A stretch of 64,000 nt of DNA from NCBI GenBank assembly GCA_963806225.1, contig CAWDXG010000004.1:3840001-3904000 (forward strand), read 5' to 3'. Shown one piece after another: positions 42,376-52,688 of the stretch. The notes under the pieces are model-generated. The model ran no database searches, was not told where the DNA came from, and saw only the letters and a list, made by a program, of their open reading frames with translations. How positions within the stretch are numbered: the first letter of the stretch is position 1; every line of letters begins with the position of its first letter. Source of the stretch: an uncultured delta proteobacterium. Its GTDB lineage: Bacteria; Myxococcota_A; Polyangia; Polyangiales; Polyangiaceae. The position numbers were made by a program, and so were the translations under genes.

Positions 42376-43452
42376 ATGCCGAACGATGGAAGCACAGTTG
42401 TGCTGGTTGCCGACGACGAACCCAGCACGCGCGCACTGGTCGCAGGTCATCTGCGAAGCCAGGGCTACAGGATCATCGAAGCGTCCGACGGTGACGAAGC
42501 ATGGGAGCTCGCTCACGAGCACCTGCCGCACCTCGTCGTGCTCGACGTGATGATGCCCGGCATGAGCGGTTGGGAGGTCTGCCGCAAGATCCGCGAAGCA
42601 GTCTCGCTCGCTCACACCGGCATCGTGATGCTGACGGGCATCGGCGAGAACCTGAACGAGATGACCTCGCCGCTGTACGGCGCGGACGCCTACGTCGACA
42701 AGCCTTTCGAGTTTTCCGTGCTCGACGCGAAGATCAAGGAGACGCTCGCGAGGCGGAACGTCGGAGCGTTCGGCCGCGCCGACGCCACGACCGGGAGCGC
42801 ACCCGCTGCCGCAAGCACGCGCCCCGAGACGGAACCTTCCGAGGTGCCGGTGAAGAGCTCGGACGTGCGACGTGCGGCGGCGCGCAAACGTAGCGCCACC
42901 CTGAGGGCCCAGAAGAAGGCTGCGGAGGCACGCACGGAAGCCGCAGCCCCGACTTCTTCCACCGCCGCCCCGAAGAAGGCCGCCAAGAAGAAGGCCGCCA
43001 AGAAGAAGGCTGCGCCCAAGAAGAAGGCTGCGCCCAAGAAGAAGGCCGCCAAGAAGAAGGCCGCCAAGAAGAAGGCCGCGCCCAAGAAGAAGGCCGCGCC
43101 CAAGAAGAAGGCTGCGCCCAAGAAGAAGGCCGCCAAGAAGAAGGCCGCCAAGAAGAAGGCTGCGCCGAAGAAGAAGGCCGCCAAGAAGTCGGCCGCGCGA
43201 GTCGCGAAGAAAGCGCGCGCGAAGGCCAGCAAGGCGAAGAAGAAGACGACAGCGAAGAAGCCTGTGAAGAAGGCCGCGAAGAAGGCCACACGCACCGCGA
43301 AACGCGCCGCGAAGGAGACCGCGCGCAGGGTGAAGAAGGCGGCGCAGAAACTCGCGCGCAAGGCGCCCACGCGCAAAGCTGCGAAGAAGGCAGCCCGCAA
43401 GGCCAAGCGCAAGGTCGCGAAGAAGGTCACGCGCCGCGCGCGCAAGGCGTAG
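42376..43452 (+). CDS. Response regulator receiver domain fused to a histone-H1-like Lys/Ala-rich tail
   Basis: VLVADDE, VVLDVMMP, MLTG and DKPF (intact REC), then AAKKK/AAPKKK repeats and a K/R/A-rich end. Confidence 0.9.
   Translation: MPNDGSTVVLVADDEPSTRALVAGHLRSQGYRIIEASDGDEAWELAHEHLPHLVVLDVMMPGMSGWEVCRKIREAVSLAHTGIVMLTGIGENLNEMTSPLYGADAYVDKPFEFSVLDAKIKETLARRNVGAFGRADATTGSAPAAASTRPETEPSEVPVKSSDVRRAAARKRSATLRAQKKAAEARTEAAAPTSSTAAPKKAAKKKAAKKKAAPKKKAAPKKKAAKKKAAKKKAAPKKKAAPKKKAAPKKKAAKKKAAKKKAAPKKKAAKKSAARVAKKARAKASKAKKKTTAKKPVKKAAKKATRTAKRAAKETARRVKKAAQKLARKAPTRKAAKKAARKAKRKVAKKVTRRARKA
42964..43190 (+). repeat. Mixed 15/18-bp tandem repeats encoding AAKKK / AAPKKK
   Basis: About 14 consecutive aagaagaaggc(c/t)gc(c/g)[ccc] units. 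Confidence 0.9.
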
Positions 43453-43455
43453 TCG

Positions 43456-44629
43456 CTACGCGGGAGCGGGCATGCGACGGCCCGGACGGTACACGGGCAC
43501 CGGGCCCGGGTCCTCGGCAAGCCGCCGTTCCACATAGTCCTCGGGCGGCATCTGCTCGAGGTGGAATGAAATCTGGCGCGTGCGCCGGTGTTCTTCGAGG
43601 CCCAGGTAGCCCTCGTCCGCCAGGGCGCAGAGCATTCCGAAGACGTGGCTGGGCGTCGAGATGGGGTGCGAGCCGGCGTTCGGGATGTAGGGGTTCAGAT
43701 CCTTCGCGTAGAAGGGCTGATCGCGCCGCGTCTGAGTCGCTCAGAAACTCGTCGCACAGGGCTCGGTAGATGCCCTTGAAGTAGCTCTCCGCGAACTCCA
43801 CCCACGCCCTCGGCTCGGTCACGGCGAACTTCCCGTGCGGCGGCAGCACCGCGCGGACGCGATGCGTGCTGAAGAAACGCCTGAGCAACCGGATCGTCTG
43901 CGTGTAGCGCTCCCAGGCCATCGAGTAGCTCTGACCCGCCACGGTGAAGATGGGGATGACGAAGCTCTGCGTCTCGGGTCGATCGACAAGCCCGGTGCAG
44001 ATGATCGTGTCCCCGGGCACAGCGATCTCGAGCTCCGGGTCATAGTAGAGCACGCAGTCCCAGGAGTGACCCGGCGTGGGCACGGCCAGCATCGGTTCGG
44101 GCAGCTGCCCCTTGTCGACGAAGCGCAACGCGCTCTTCGGCGTCTTGGCGAAGTAGCCGGCGAACCGCTTGCGGATGGCGTTGTCGACCATCTCCTCGTC
44201 GCTGAGCTGGTTGTACTCGAGCAGCCCCCAGTGCGAGCGCGTCAGGAACAGCTCGTAGGTCTCGTTGAGAAACGCGGCTTCCGGATGGGTGAGAAAGCGA
44301 TACCCCGCCGAGTGCAGATAGATGGGCGCGCGCTCTCCATCGGGACGCCCGAAGCCCGCGACGATGCCGGAGCTTCCCGCATGGTCACCGTGACAGTGCG
44401 TGACCAGAAGCGCATCGAGCCGGCTGACGGAGTGCGAGCCCAATGCACCGCGGATCTCGTCGACGATGTCGGGACGCGCCGCGCTCGACTCGAACAGATA
44501 CGTGGTCCCTCGGTGGCGCCGCAGCACGAGATTGATGTTCTTGGGGCTCGGATAGCCGCTCTGCACCGGAAGCACGCTGATGTGCTCGGAGAGGCCCAGC
44601 GATTCGAGCGCCTGCGGAAACGGGATCAT
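43456..44629 (-). CDS. MBL-fold metallo-hydrolase; frameshift near 43730
   Basis: THCHGDHAG, TPGHS, PGD, LPPHG; the reading continues in another frame to a stop at 43456. Confidence 0.85.
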
Positions 44630-46656
44630 GACGATGGCTCCAGGCTCCAGAACGCGAGCACCTCCTCCAGGCTCTCGCTCCGGCGCGCCGGCGGCAGCGC
44701 ACCGAGGAGCTTCTTGCCGTATCCGCGGCGGTGGACGCGCTCGTCGAGCAGGGCAACGATGCCGCGATCCGATCGCGTGCGGATCAAGCGGCCGAACCCC
44801 TGTTTGAGGGAGATCGCCGCGGCCGGTACGCTGAGGTCCACGAAGGCATTGCCGCCCGCCGACTCGATGGCCTGCCCGCGAGCCCGCACAATCGGGTCGC
44901 TGGGCACGGCGAAGGGGATCTTCTCCAGAACCACGAGACGGAGTGCGCGGCCGGGAACATCGACGCCTTCCCAGAAGCTCGAGGTCGCCACCAGCACCGC
45001 GTCGCCCGCCGCCCGGAATGCACCGACCAGCGCGCTCTTGGGCGCCGCACCCTGCACCAGCACCTTGCGCCCCGGCATCCGCTCGACCAGAAGGCGGTGG
45101 AGCGCCCGCATCGAGCGCAACGACGTCGTGAGCACGAAGGCACCACCGCCCGTGATGTCGACCAGCTCGGCGATGCGCTCTGCCGCCGCATCGGTGAAGC
45201 CCGCGTCGTTCGGCGGCGGCAGATCGCGGGGCGCGTAGAGCAAGGCGTTGTTCTCGAAATCGAACGGCGAATCGACGATGAGCTCGGTCACGTCGACGTC
45301 GTCTCCAGACAGACCGAGACGGGAGCGCAGGTAGCCGAACGGCCCCTCTGGAAGAGACGAGCTGGAGCTCGTGGACACGCTAGCCAGCGTCGCGCTGGTC
45401 AACACGACCGCCGGAATGGTTTCGAACACGCGCTCGAGAAACACACCCGCCAGGTCGATCGGAGACGAGCTGAGCACCGTGCTGCGGCCGTTGCTCTCGA
45501 CCCATGTCACGCGATTCGGCGCGCCCTGTGCGATGGCAGCGAGCTGCTCGCGGAGCTGCTCCGACCGGCGCGTCACAAGCTCGAGCGCATCGCCCACCGG
45601 CTCGGTGCTGGCAGCCGGCGCCGCGGCCGATGCGAGCTTTCCCCGCGCCGTTTCCGCCAGCGCGCCGAACGCCTCGAGTGCGGTATCCAGACGATGCCAG
45701 GCGCCCTCGAGCGGACCTGCCCAGGCATCATGTTCGAGCGTGACGCGGCCCTCGCGCGAGCCGGACACGGACAAGAGCGCCTTGAAGAAACGGTCGGACG
45801 CCTCGTCCAGCTCGTGCGCCAGATTCACCGCGCTCTTCGCGCCGAACAGCGGCCCGTCGCTGCCGGCCATCACGAAGGCGCGTTCCGCGTCGCGCAGCAC
45901 GCGCTGGATGCGCGCGCTGGAAACCCGCACGCCGAAGAAGTCCGTCGCGATGTCCTCGAGCTGGTGGGCCTCGTCGAAGATCACCGCGTCGTAGTCGGGT
46001 ATCACGTGTCCGGGGTGCGGTCCGCGCAACGCGAGGTCCGCGAAGAACAGGTGATGATTGACAACCACCAGACGCGCGGCCTCGGCATCGCGCTTCATCT
46101 GCGTGACGAAGCACTCGTCGTAGAAGCGACAAGTTGCACCGACGCGCGTATCGCTCGAGGAGGTGATCTCGCGCCAGATCGGATCCCCTTCCGCGAGGCC
46201 GGCGAGCTCGCCGATGTCGCCCGTTTCCGTTTCGGGGATCCAGCTTCTGACGACACCGAGCGATCGCGCCCACGACGGGCGCATCGCTTCGGCGCTGGCG
46301 CCGAATTCCGCGTAGCGACGCCGGCACACGTAGTTCGACAGACCCTTCATCAGTGCTGCGCGCGGCTCCAGACCGAGCGCGCGCTCGATCAGCGGTAGGT
46401 CGCGCGTCACGATCTGTTCCTGCAGGGCGCGGGTGGCGGTGGAGACCACGACCTTCTTCCCGCTCAGGATTGCGGGAACCAGATAGGCCAGCGTCTTGCC
46501 GGTGCCCGTGCCAGCCTCGCACAGGAGCACGCGCTCTTCCGCCAGGGCCCTTTCCACCTGGACGGCCATCTCGAGCTGGCCGGCGCGCGCCTCGTAGCCG
46601 GGCAGCGCAGCCGCAAGCGGCCCTTCGGGACCTAGAAGCCGGGGGACCGGGTTCAC
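44626..46656 (-). CDS. DinG/YoaA family ATP-dependent DNA helicase
   Basis: EAGTGTGKT, NYVC/C..C Fe-S cysteines, VVNHHL, DEAH, TSATL, FWEGVDVPG, QGFGRLIR; probable GTG start at 46656. Confidence 0.95.
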   Translation of the reverse strand: MNPVPRLLGPEGPLAAALPGYEARAGQLEMAVQVERALAEERVLLCEAGTGTGKTLAYLVPAILSGKKVVVSTATRALQEQIVTRDLPLIERALGLEPRAALMKGLSNYVCRRRYAEFGASAEAMRPSWARSLGVVRSWIPETETGDIGELAGLAEGDPIWREITSSSDTRVGATCRFYDECFVTQMKRDAEAARLVVVNHHLFFADLALRGPHPGHVIPDYDAVIFDEAHQLEDIATDFFGVRVSSARIQRVLRDAERAFVMAGSDGPLFGAKSAVNLAHELDEASDRFFKALLSVSGSREGRVTLEHDAWAGPLEGAWHRLDTALEAFGALAETARGKLASAAAPAASTEPVGDALELVTRRSEQLREQLAAIAQGAPNRVTWVESNGRSTVLSSSPIDLAGVFLERVFETIPAVVLTSATLASVSTSSSSSLPEGPFGYLRSRLGLSGDDVDVTELIVDSPFDFENNALLYAPRDLPPPNDAGFTDAAAERIAELVDITGGGAFVLTTSLRSMRALHRLLVERMPGRKVLVQGAAPKSALVGAFRAAGDAVLVATSSFWEGVDVPGRALRLVVLEKIPFAVPSDPIVRARGQAIESAGGNAFVDLSVPAAAISLKQGFGRLIRTRSDRGIVALLDERVHRRGYGKKLLGALPPARRSESLEEVLAFWSLEPSS

Positions 46657-46666
46657 ACGTCGCGCT

Positions 46667-47038
46667 TCAGCCGTCGGCGGGAGGCGGCGGGGGCGGGGGC
46701 GGGGGCGGGGGCGGCTCCCCTTCCACATCGAGAAACTGCACGCCCGCAATCTGCCCGTCAGCCTCGTCCTGAACCCAGATAACCCGGGCACGACGTGAGG
46801 CGGATTCGTCGTCACCGATGACGATCTGGTATTCCACCCCCGGTTCGACGGTTTCCTCGACGATGACCCGGACGCCACCGCGGCTCAGGTTCAGCGTCCA
46901 GCCCGACGTCTCGAAGCCCTCGCGCTTGAGCAGAATCCGCTCGGAAGCCTCGCGCCGGGCGCCTCCCTCCTGACGGCGGGTGCCGTGGATATCGGGAGCC
47001 GCAAGAGGCGGCGACGGCGTGTAGCTTCTTCGGGACAC
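46667..47038 (-). CDS. PilZ domain protein
   Basis: Arg-rich RREASER, TLNLSRGG, RVIW, GVQFL, poly-Pro tail; start 47038 or 47071. Confidence 0.75.
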   Translation of the reverse strand: MSRRSYTPSPPLAAPDIHGTRRQEGGARREASERILLKREGFETSGWTLNLSRGGVRVIVEETVEPGVEYQIVIGDDESASRRARVIWVQDEADGQIAGVQFLDVEGEPPPPPPPPPPPPADG

Positions 47039-47305
47039 GGTGCGCTGCAAGATAGCAAAACTCCAGAACAACGTCCGCCCGCACGCGCCTGGCCGGGCAG
47101 CCGGAGAGCAAACTGTCGGCGAAGCGACCCGGAGAGTGCGCCTGCCTACGCGCCGGCTTGACGCTGGTGGGCGGGTCTGCGAACCTGATAGGGCGCTCGG
47201 GCCACCAGGGGGAACAGGCTAATCGGTCGAAATTGCTGACTATCGTTCTCGCCGGACGCTACCAATCTCTGACCGCGTCGTCGGTCGTGGCTTCGCTCAA
47301 CTGAC

Positions 47306-47743
47306 ATGCCGACTCCGACGCCCAGCAAGCTGAAGAAGACCCTGATGCAGCAGGGATTCGAGGTATATCGTACACTTGGCGACCGCATCCTGCTGGCGGA
47401 CCGGGTGCGGGACAACCTGATCATGGACAGCGGCGTCTCGGTTGTTTCCGATCCAGAGCTCGCGGTCCAGCTGGTTGTGCGTGCGCAAGCGCATGATTTT
47501 CCAGGGGAATCCGAAGAAGAACTGTTCGATCGCGCGCGTCGCCTCGCGCACAAGAGCATCGATCGCGGCTACGTGGAGGTCGAGACCGCCGTGGTCCCCA
47601 TCCACGACCCCGGCGATAGCACCCGCACGCTCGATATCTGGCATGAAGTCTCGTTCCAGCGCAGCGTGAGCGACCTCGCCGAGCTCTACGAGGAGCTGCG
47701 CTACGCCCTGGCTGTCGAGAAGACCGCCGGCCTCCACGACTAG
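47306..47743 (+). CDS. Hypothetical protein
   Basis: Clean 145-aa ORF (GFEVYRT, ADRVRDNLIMDSGV, DPGD..TLD.WHEV). Confidence 0.7.
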   Translation: MPTPTPSKLKKTLMQQGFEVYRTLGDRILLADRVRDNLIMDSGVSVVSDPELAVQLVVRAQAHDFPGESEEELFDRARRLAHKSIDRGYVEVETAVVPIHDPGDSTRTLDIWHEVSFQRSVSDLAELYEELRYALAVEKTAGLHD

Positions 47744-47878
47744 CGCCTTCGGGGGGGACTTGTGTCGACGGCCGTGGACCGGCGCGGGCGAGCATGGTAA
47801 TTGCGCGGGCCCGGCGAGCCGGCATCCGTGCCCCTTGATTTTGACTGATTCCGCCAGCCTGCCGCAGGACCCGCTCGC

Positions 47879-49606
47879 ATGCTGAGCTTCTTCCGAAAAG
47901 GCGGTGCTGCCCAACTGATCGTGGGCGGTGTCGTCTTCGCCATCATCATCGTTTTCGTGCTGGAGTTCCGCGCTGGCCGCGGACCTGCTGCCAGTCTGAA
48001 GCAGGACTGCGCGGTCGAGGTCCTGGACCACTGCGTGAGCGTCAAGGACTTCTACGCTGCCTACGGCCTCATCGTGCCGCCCGGGCTGACGGCAAAGAAG
48101 GTCCGGACGCTGGGACTCCGCAAGTTGATCGCCAACGGCCTGGTCGAACGCGAGCTCCTGCTCGAAGAGGCAGACCGGCTCGGCATCTCGGTCAGCGAGA
48201 AATCGATCAACGACGAGCTCGCCTCCGGCCGCGCTCATGTCTCGCTGTCCGCGGGCGAAGCCGGGCTGTGGAGCTACCGCCTCGGGCTGTGCGTCCCGAA
48301 CATGGCGGCGCAGCGCTGCGAACCCGGCACCGAGATGATCCGGATGCTGCCGGTGAAGAACTCGAAGACCAGCGAGTTCGACTACAAGAAGTACGAGCGC
48401 GTGGTCCGCAACACGACCAACCGCAGCCCGCGCGAGTTCAAGGAGATGCAGAAGAAGGAGCTGATCGCCGACCGCATGCGCGATCTCGTACGCTCCCGCG
48501 TCCGCGTCCCCGAAAGCGTCGCTTTCGCCCAGTACTCGCGCGAACGCTCGCGCGACACCGTGCGCACGGTCGACATCAAGCGCTCGTGGTTCGCGAAGTA
48601 TCTGGTCGACACTTCCGACAAGGCGGTGGACACGTGGGCCGCCGACAACAAGGCTCAGGTCGACGCCGCGTGGAAGGCGGCCAAGTCGAGCTGGAACAAG
48701 GACTGCCCGCAGATCCGCGAGATCGTGATTCCGTTCGGCGCAGACACGACCGACGACGACAAGGTGATCCTGCGCGGCAAGATCGACGCCGCGAAGAAGC
48801 TGCTGGATTCCGGGGAACCTTTCCCGCAGGTGGCCCGCGAGAACAGCGAAGGGCCGACGGCCATGATCGGCGGCGAAGTCGGCTGCTTGACGAAGCGCTA
48901 CGGAGACGATTTCCAGCAGATCTCGGACGCGGTCAAGTCGCTCAAGCCGGGTCAGCTGTCACCGGTGATCGAGACCCCGGACGGGTTCCATCTGGTGGAG
49001 CTCGAGCGTCACGTCGGGGCGGATGACCTCGAGAAGGTCGGACGCCGTGTGATCGCGCGCCGGCTCCAGGCGAAGTTCGCCGCAGAAGAGATGGTGAAGA
49101 AGTTCGCGGCCGACCTCATGGAAAAGGCCAAGGCGGGAGAGAAGCTCGAGCAGGCAACCCAGGAGCTGGTGAAACAGTACGCGAACGGTGCGAAGGCGAA
49201 GGGCGCCGCGAAGGGCAAGGACAAGTCGCCCCCGGCGCTCACCGCCGACGACCGTCCGAAGTTTGCTGTGTCCGCACCGTTCAACATCGGCGGCAATCCG
49301 TTGCCGGATGCACTGCCGGCCGTGAACCCAGCAGCCAAGGCCTTCGAGCTCGACAAGCCGGGCGACCTGGTTTCCGACCCCATCCCCACCAGAACCGGGT
49401 TGGCCGTGATGCAGCTGAAGGAGAAGGACCCGGCCAAGCGCGCGGATTTCGAGAAGGACAAGGACCGCATCCTCTCGGCCATGCGCTCCGCCAAGCAGGC
49501 CGATGCGCTGGCGCGCTACATCAGCCAGCTCCGCGCCAAGGCGAAGGACAAGATCAAGGTCGCTCCGCAGCTACTGGAGGCGCCGAAAGGCCAGGACCAG
49601 GACTGA
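47879..49606 (+). CDS. SurA/PpiD-like periplasmic chaperone with a parvulin-type PPIase domain
   Basis: N-terminal TM, LLLEEADRLGISVS, FPQVARENSEG..GGEVG, LSPVIETPDGFHLV. Confidence 0.85.
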   Translation: MLSFFRKGGAAQLIVGGVVFAIIIVFVLEFRAGRGPAASLKQDCAVEVLDHCVSVKDFYAAYGLIVPPGLTAKKVRTLGLRKLIANGLVERELLLEEADRLGISVSEKSINDELASGRAHVSLSAGEAGLWSYRLGLCVPNMAAQRCEPGTEMIRMLPVKNSKTSEFDYKKYERVVRNTTNRSPREFKEMQKKELIADRMRDLVRSRVRVPESVAFAQYSRERSRDTVRTVDIKRSWFAKYLVDTSDKAVDTWAADNKAQVDAAWKAAKSSWNKDCPQIREIVIPFGADTTDDDKVILRGKIDAAKKLLDSGEPFPQVARENSEGPTAMIGGEVGCLTKRYGDDFQQISDAVKSLKPGQLSPVIETPDGFHLVELERHVGADDLEKVGRRVIARRLQAKFAAEEMVKKFAADLMEKAKAGEKLEQATQELVKQYANGAKAKGAAKGKDKSPPALTADDRPKFAVSAPFNIGGNPLPDALPAVNPAAKAFELDKPGDLVSDPIPTRTGLAVMQLKEKDPAKRADFEKDKDRILSAMRSAKQADALARYISQLRAKAKDKIKVAPQLLEAPKGQDQD

Positions 49607-49667
49607 GGCGGGGCACACGGCTGGAAGCTGTCGCATCGCCGCCAGCCGGCTCCGGATCGATCTCTCG

Positions 49668-50960
49668 ATGGCGCTTTCGTCCCTGCAGCACCACACCACC
49701 ACGCTCGAAAGCGGACTGACGGTCGTCGTCGTGCCGATGCCGGGCGTGCACCGGGTGGTGCTGGACGCGCATCTGCGCGTCGGCCCGCGCTACGAGAGCC
49801 CCGCGCACAATGGCATCAGCCATTTCCTCGAGCACATGCTCTACCGCGGCACGCCGCGGCATCCCTCCGCGCATGCACAGGCTCTTGCCTTCGAGCGGCT
49901 GGGGGGAACGCTGGTGGCGGCGACCTACATCGACCACATGTCCATGGCGATCTCCGTGCCGCCGGAAAACCTCGACGCCGTGCTTCCGCTGTTCGCGGAC
50001 GTATACCGGGAGCCGATCTTCGACGGCATCGAGATCGAGAAGGGCATCGTGCGCGAGGAAATCCTCGAGGGCCTCGACGACGAAGGCAACGACGTCGACG
50101 CGGACAGCCTGCTGCGGGCTCTCGCCTTCGGAAGCCATCCACTCGGCTATCCGATCACCGGCGACATCGATAGGCTGGAGAGCTTCGACGTGCCGCTCCT
50201 GAAGCAACACCACGCGGCGTACTATCGCGGACGCGGCACGGTGCTGGCCGTCGCGGGACCGGTGGATCCGGATCGGGTGCTCGCCCAGGTGGAGCACTGC
50301 TTCCAGGGCCTAGGCGGCGGCGCGGCGCCTCGCGCCGAGGCTCCGGACGAGCAGCGCGAGCCCCGCTTCTCGTTCGTGCGACACTCTGCATCGAGCCAGA
50401 CCGACCTCCGCGTCTCCTTCCGCGCGCCGGGCGAGACCGATGCCGACGAACCCGCCACGGAGCTTCTGCTGCGCATACTGGACGACGGCATGTCCACGCG
50501 GCTCTATCACCAGATCTGCGATGCTCGCGGGCTCTGCTACGACGTGTCGGCAGGATACGAAGCGTACGCGGACTCGGGGCTGGTCGATCTCGCCGCGGAG
50601 TCCGCGCACGAACGCGCCACGCAGGTGCTCGACGAGCTGTTCAAGGTGGTCGAGGAGCTCAGAGACCAGGGGCCCTCCGGGGAAGAGCTCGCGCGGGCAA
50701 AACAGCGCTACGGCTGGCAGCTCACGGAGATGCTCGACGATCCCGGCGAAGCGGCGGATTTCTACGCGCTGGGCCAGCTCACCGGTGTGGCCCGCACGCC
50801 AGCCGAGCGGCTGGAGCAACTGACGAACGTGTCCCGCGAGCACGTGCGCGCCGCAGCGCAGCGGATCTTCCGCCGGCCGAACCTCTCAGTGGTCGCCGTC
50901 GGGCTCCTGCCACGGCGCGCGCAGGAAGCGCTCGCGCGCCGCACGCACGACTTCGGCTGA
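49668..50960 (+). CDS. M16 (pitrilysin-family) metallopeptidase
   Basis: GISHFLEHMLYRGT (HxxEH), EKGIVREE, HPLGYPITG, GMSTRL..RGLCY. Confidence 0.92.
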   Translation: MALSSLQHHTTTLESGLTVVVVPMPGVHRVVLDAHLRVGPRYESPAHNGISHFLEHMLYRGTPRHPSAHAQALAFERLGGTLVAATYIDHMSMAISVPPENLDAVLPLFADVYREPIFDGIEIEKGIVREEILEGLDDEGNDVDADSLLRALAFGSHPLGYPITGDIDRLESFDVPLLKQHHAAYYRGRGTVLAVAGPVDPDRVLAQVEHCFQGLGGGAAPRAEAPDEQREPRFSFVRHSASSQTDLRVSFRAPGETDADEPATELLLRILDDGMSTRLYHQICDARGLCYDVSAGYEAYADSGLVDLAAESAHERATQVLDELFKVVEELRDQGPSGEELARAKQRYGWQLTEMLDDPGEAADFYALGQLTGVARTPAERLEQLTNVSREHVRAAAQRIFRRPNLSVVAVGLLPRRAQEALARRTHDFG

Positions 50961-50973
50961 GCCGCGCTCGCGC

Positions 50974-51366
50974 TCAGCCCTTGCGCTTGCGGCGGGCGGC
51001 GGTAGCAGCGCGACGCGGAGTGGCCCGTTCCTCGGTCACCAGCGCCTGCGCGACAGCCAGCACCCGCCGGCGCGTCGCACTGCTAGCGCCCCTCAGAAGT
51101 CCCGCGATGCGATCGTCGCGCGGCCGGGGACGCGACGGAGCGCGCAGCAGATCCGCGACTTCCACGTCGAGAGCGCCGGCCAGGCGCGCGAGCGTTTCGA
51201 GGGACGGGTTCGCGTTTGCCGAGGAGCGACCGCGCAGCACGCGTTCCAGCCGCGCGACGGTCTCGACTGTGACACCAGCGCGCGAGGCAAGCTCGGCCTG
51301 CGTCAGCCGCCCTTCCAGCCTGAGCTGGCGCACCCTTTCGGCGAGTCGGATCGAGATATCGTTCAC
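50974..51366 (-). CDS. XRE-family HTH transcriptional regulator
   Basis: RQLR..LTQAELASRAGV..VARLER..NPSLETLARLAGAL. Confidence 0.85.
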   Translation of the reverse strand: MNDISIRLAERVRQLRLEGRLTQAELASRAGVTVETVARLERVLRGRSSANANPSLETLARLAGALDVEVADLLRAPSRPRPRDDRIAGLLRGASSATRRRVLAVAQALVTEERATPRRAATAARRKRKG

Positions 51367-51725
51367 TGTTCGAGAGCCGCCTGATCTGGCTGGTTCCCCA
51401 ATGGAGCCAACGCCCGGTACGGTACGAAATCTGGAAAAACTGTCATTAGTAGTGTGCGTCTGGACTTAAAAGGTACAAGCAGGCTGCGCAGAAACGTGCG
51501 CTGCAAAACTTTTGGCCCCACCGGGCGTGCTCAAGCCCTGGATGCCTGGGCGCCGGCAGTCCTGCTGACCGGCTGCGACGCATGACATTGCCATTTTTCT
51601 CCACCTTTGGGTCACCCCATCGCCGGAAATCCAGCGCCGGGAAACCCACTCGCCCCTAACCCCGTCTAGAGGAACATAGGACCGCACATGCCGTTCGGGT
51701 AGTGCTGCCCCGGAGGCCGGCAGCG

Positions 51726-52442
51726 CTAGCGCACGCGGTCGTCGATAGACCGGATGCGCACAGCCGGCAGCACGCCGTCGGCAACGACCGCGAGCCGGTC
51801 ACCGATGGCCGCCTCGGCCCCGGCTCCGCGCGCGCGGGTCGTGTACACGAAAGCGAAGCAGCGGCCGATGCTCGAGCCAAACGCCAGCACGAAGCCTTCG
51901 AGCGCGCCGGCGTGCCCGACCGGGCGCACCGCCACGACGGCACGGGTGGTGTAGCCCCGGGGCTCGGGCAGCTTCCGACGATCGAGCGCGGTGTCGGCGC
52001 TCGGCATCGGTATCTCCGGACGCCAGAGCCTCGCCTGACGCTCGCAGTCATCCGGACGGACCAGCCGCGCGGCGCGCCATGTGCGCACGCGGAGCTCGGA
52101 CTCGCTCGGAGGATGACGGAGCAGCAGCCAGTGATTGGTCTGGTCGTCGACCGTCCATGCGCTCCGCTGCGGCAGCTTGACGACGAGCGAGAAGCGCAGC
52201 GACAGGACCTCGCCCCAGCCACGCGCCTGGAGGCCGGCAGCCGATGCGCGACCGCGCGACGGAGGCGGGGCCTCTCGCCGCGTGCCCGCGGACGCGGCAG
52301 CAGCAGACGAGCAGGCGCCGGCCGTCGGACGGCTGGAAGCGGCGCAACCTGCAGCCACAAGCAGAGGCAGCCCTGCCGCAACGGCACAGCGCAGACGCAG
52401 CGGGCGGGAGCGGCGGTAGAGCACGGGGGAGGGGTTTCCCAT
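51726..52442 (-). CDS. Putative lipoprotein
   Basis: Lipobox AAGC within ORF 51726..52829; start uncertain. Confidence 0.5.
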   Translation of the reverse strand: MGNPSPVLYRRSRPLRLRCAVAAGLPLLVAAGCAASSRPTAGACSSAAAASAGTRREAPPPSRGRASAAGLQARGWGEVLSLRFSLVVKLPQRSAWTVDDQTNHWLLLRHPPSESELRVRTWRAARLVRPDDCERQARLWRPEIPMPSADTALDRRKLPEPRGYTTRAVVAVRPVGHAGALEGFVLAFGSSIGRCFAFVYTTRARGAGAEAAIGDRLAVVADGVLPAVRIRSIDDRVR

Positions 52443-52688
52443 ACGCCGCGGGCGAGCGCGAGCTGGATCCAGCCCTCTGCGTAGAATCGTTCGCACGCTG
52501 ACGAGACTCACCCCACGACAAATTTCCCGGACCCTGGCAAATCCTGTGCTATTGGCTAGCCGTCTGGTGGCGCGAGCCTTGCGGAAGACGCCCCCGGCGT
52601 CCCACGGGCTCGGGGGGAGCGGCAAGGGCGCACCAGACCGGTTGCGGTAGCACGCTGACCGGCAGTGCCCGCATCGGGAGGAAGAACG

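Noticed and set aside
42964..43190. Tandem repeat array as a possible CRISPR or non-coding repeat
   Set aside because: Units are 15/18 bp, in frame, with synonymous variation and no unique spacers; no cas genes are present.
42690..43535. 281-aa minus-strand ORF with FFLAA repeats resembling a membrane protein
   Set aside because: It is the antisense shadow of the AAKKK repeat gene; the + strand has an intact REC domain.
47075..47300. Intergenic GGAGAG/GCAAAC motifs suggesting a glycine or c-di-GMP riboswitch next to the PilZ gene
   Set aside because: I could not build the required stems or conserved downstream motifs by eye; an Rfam scan would be needed.
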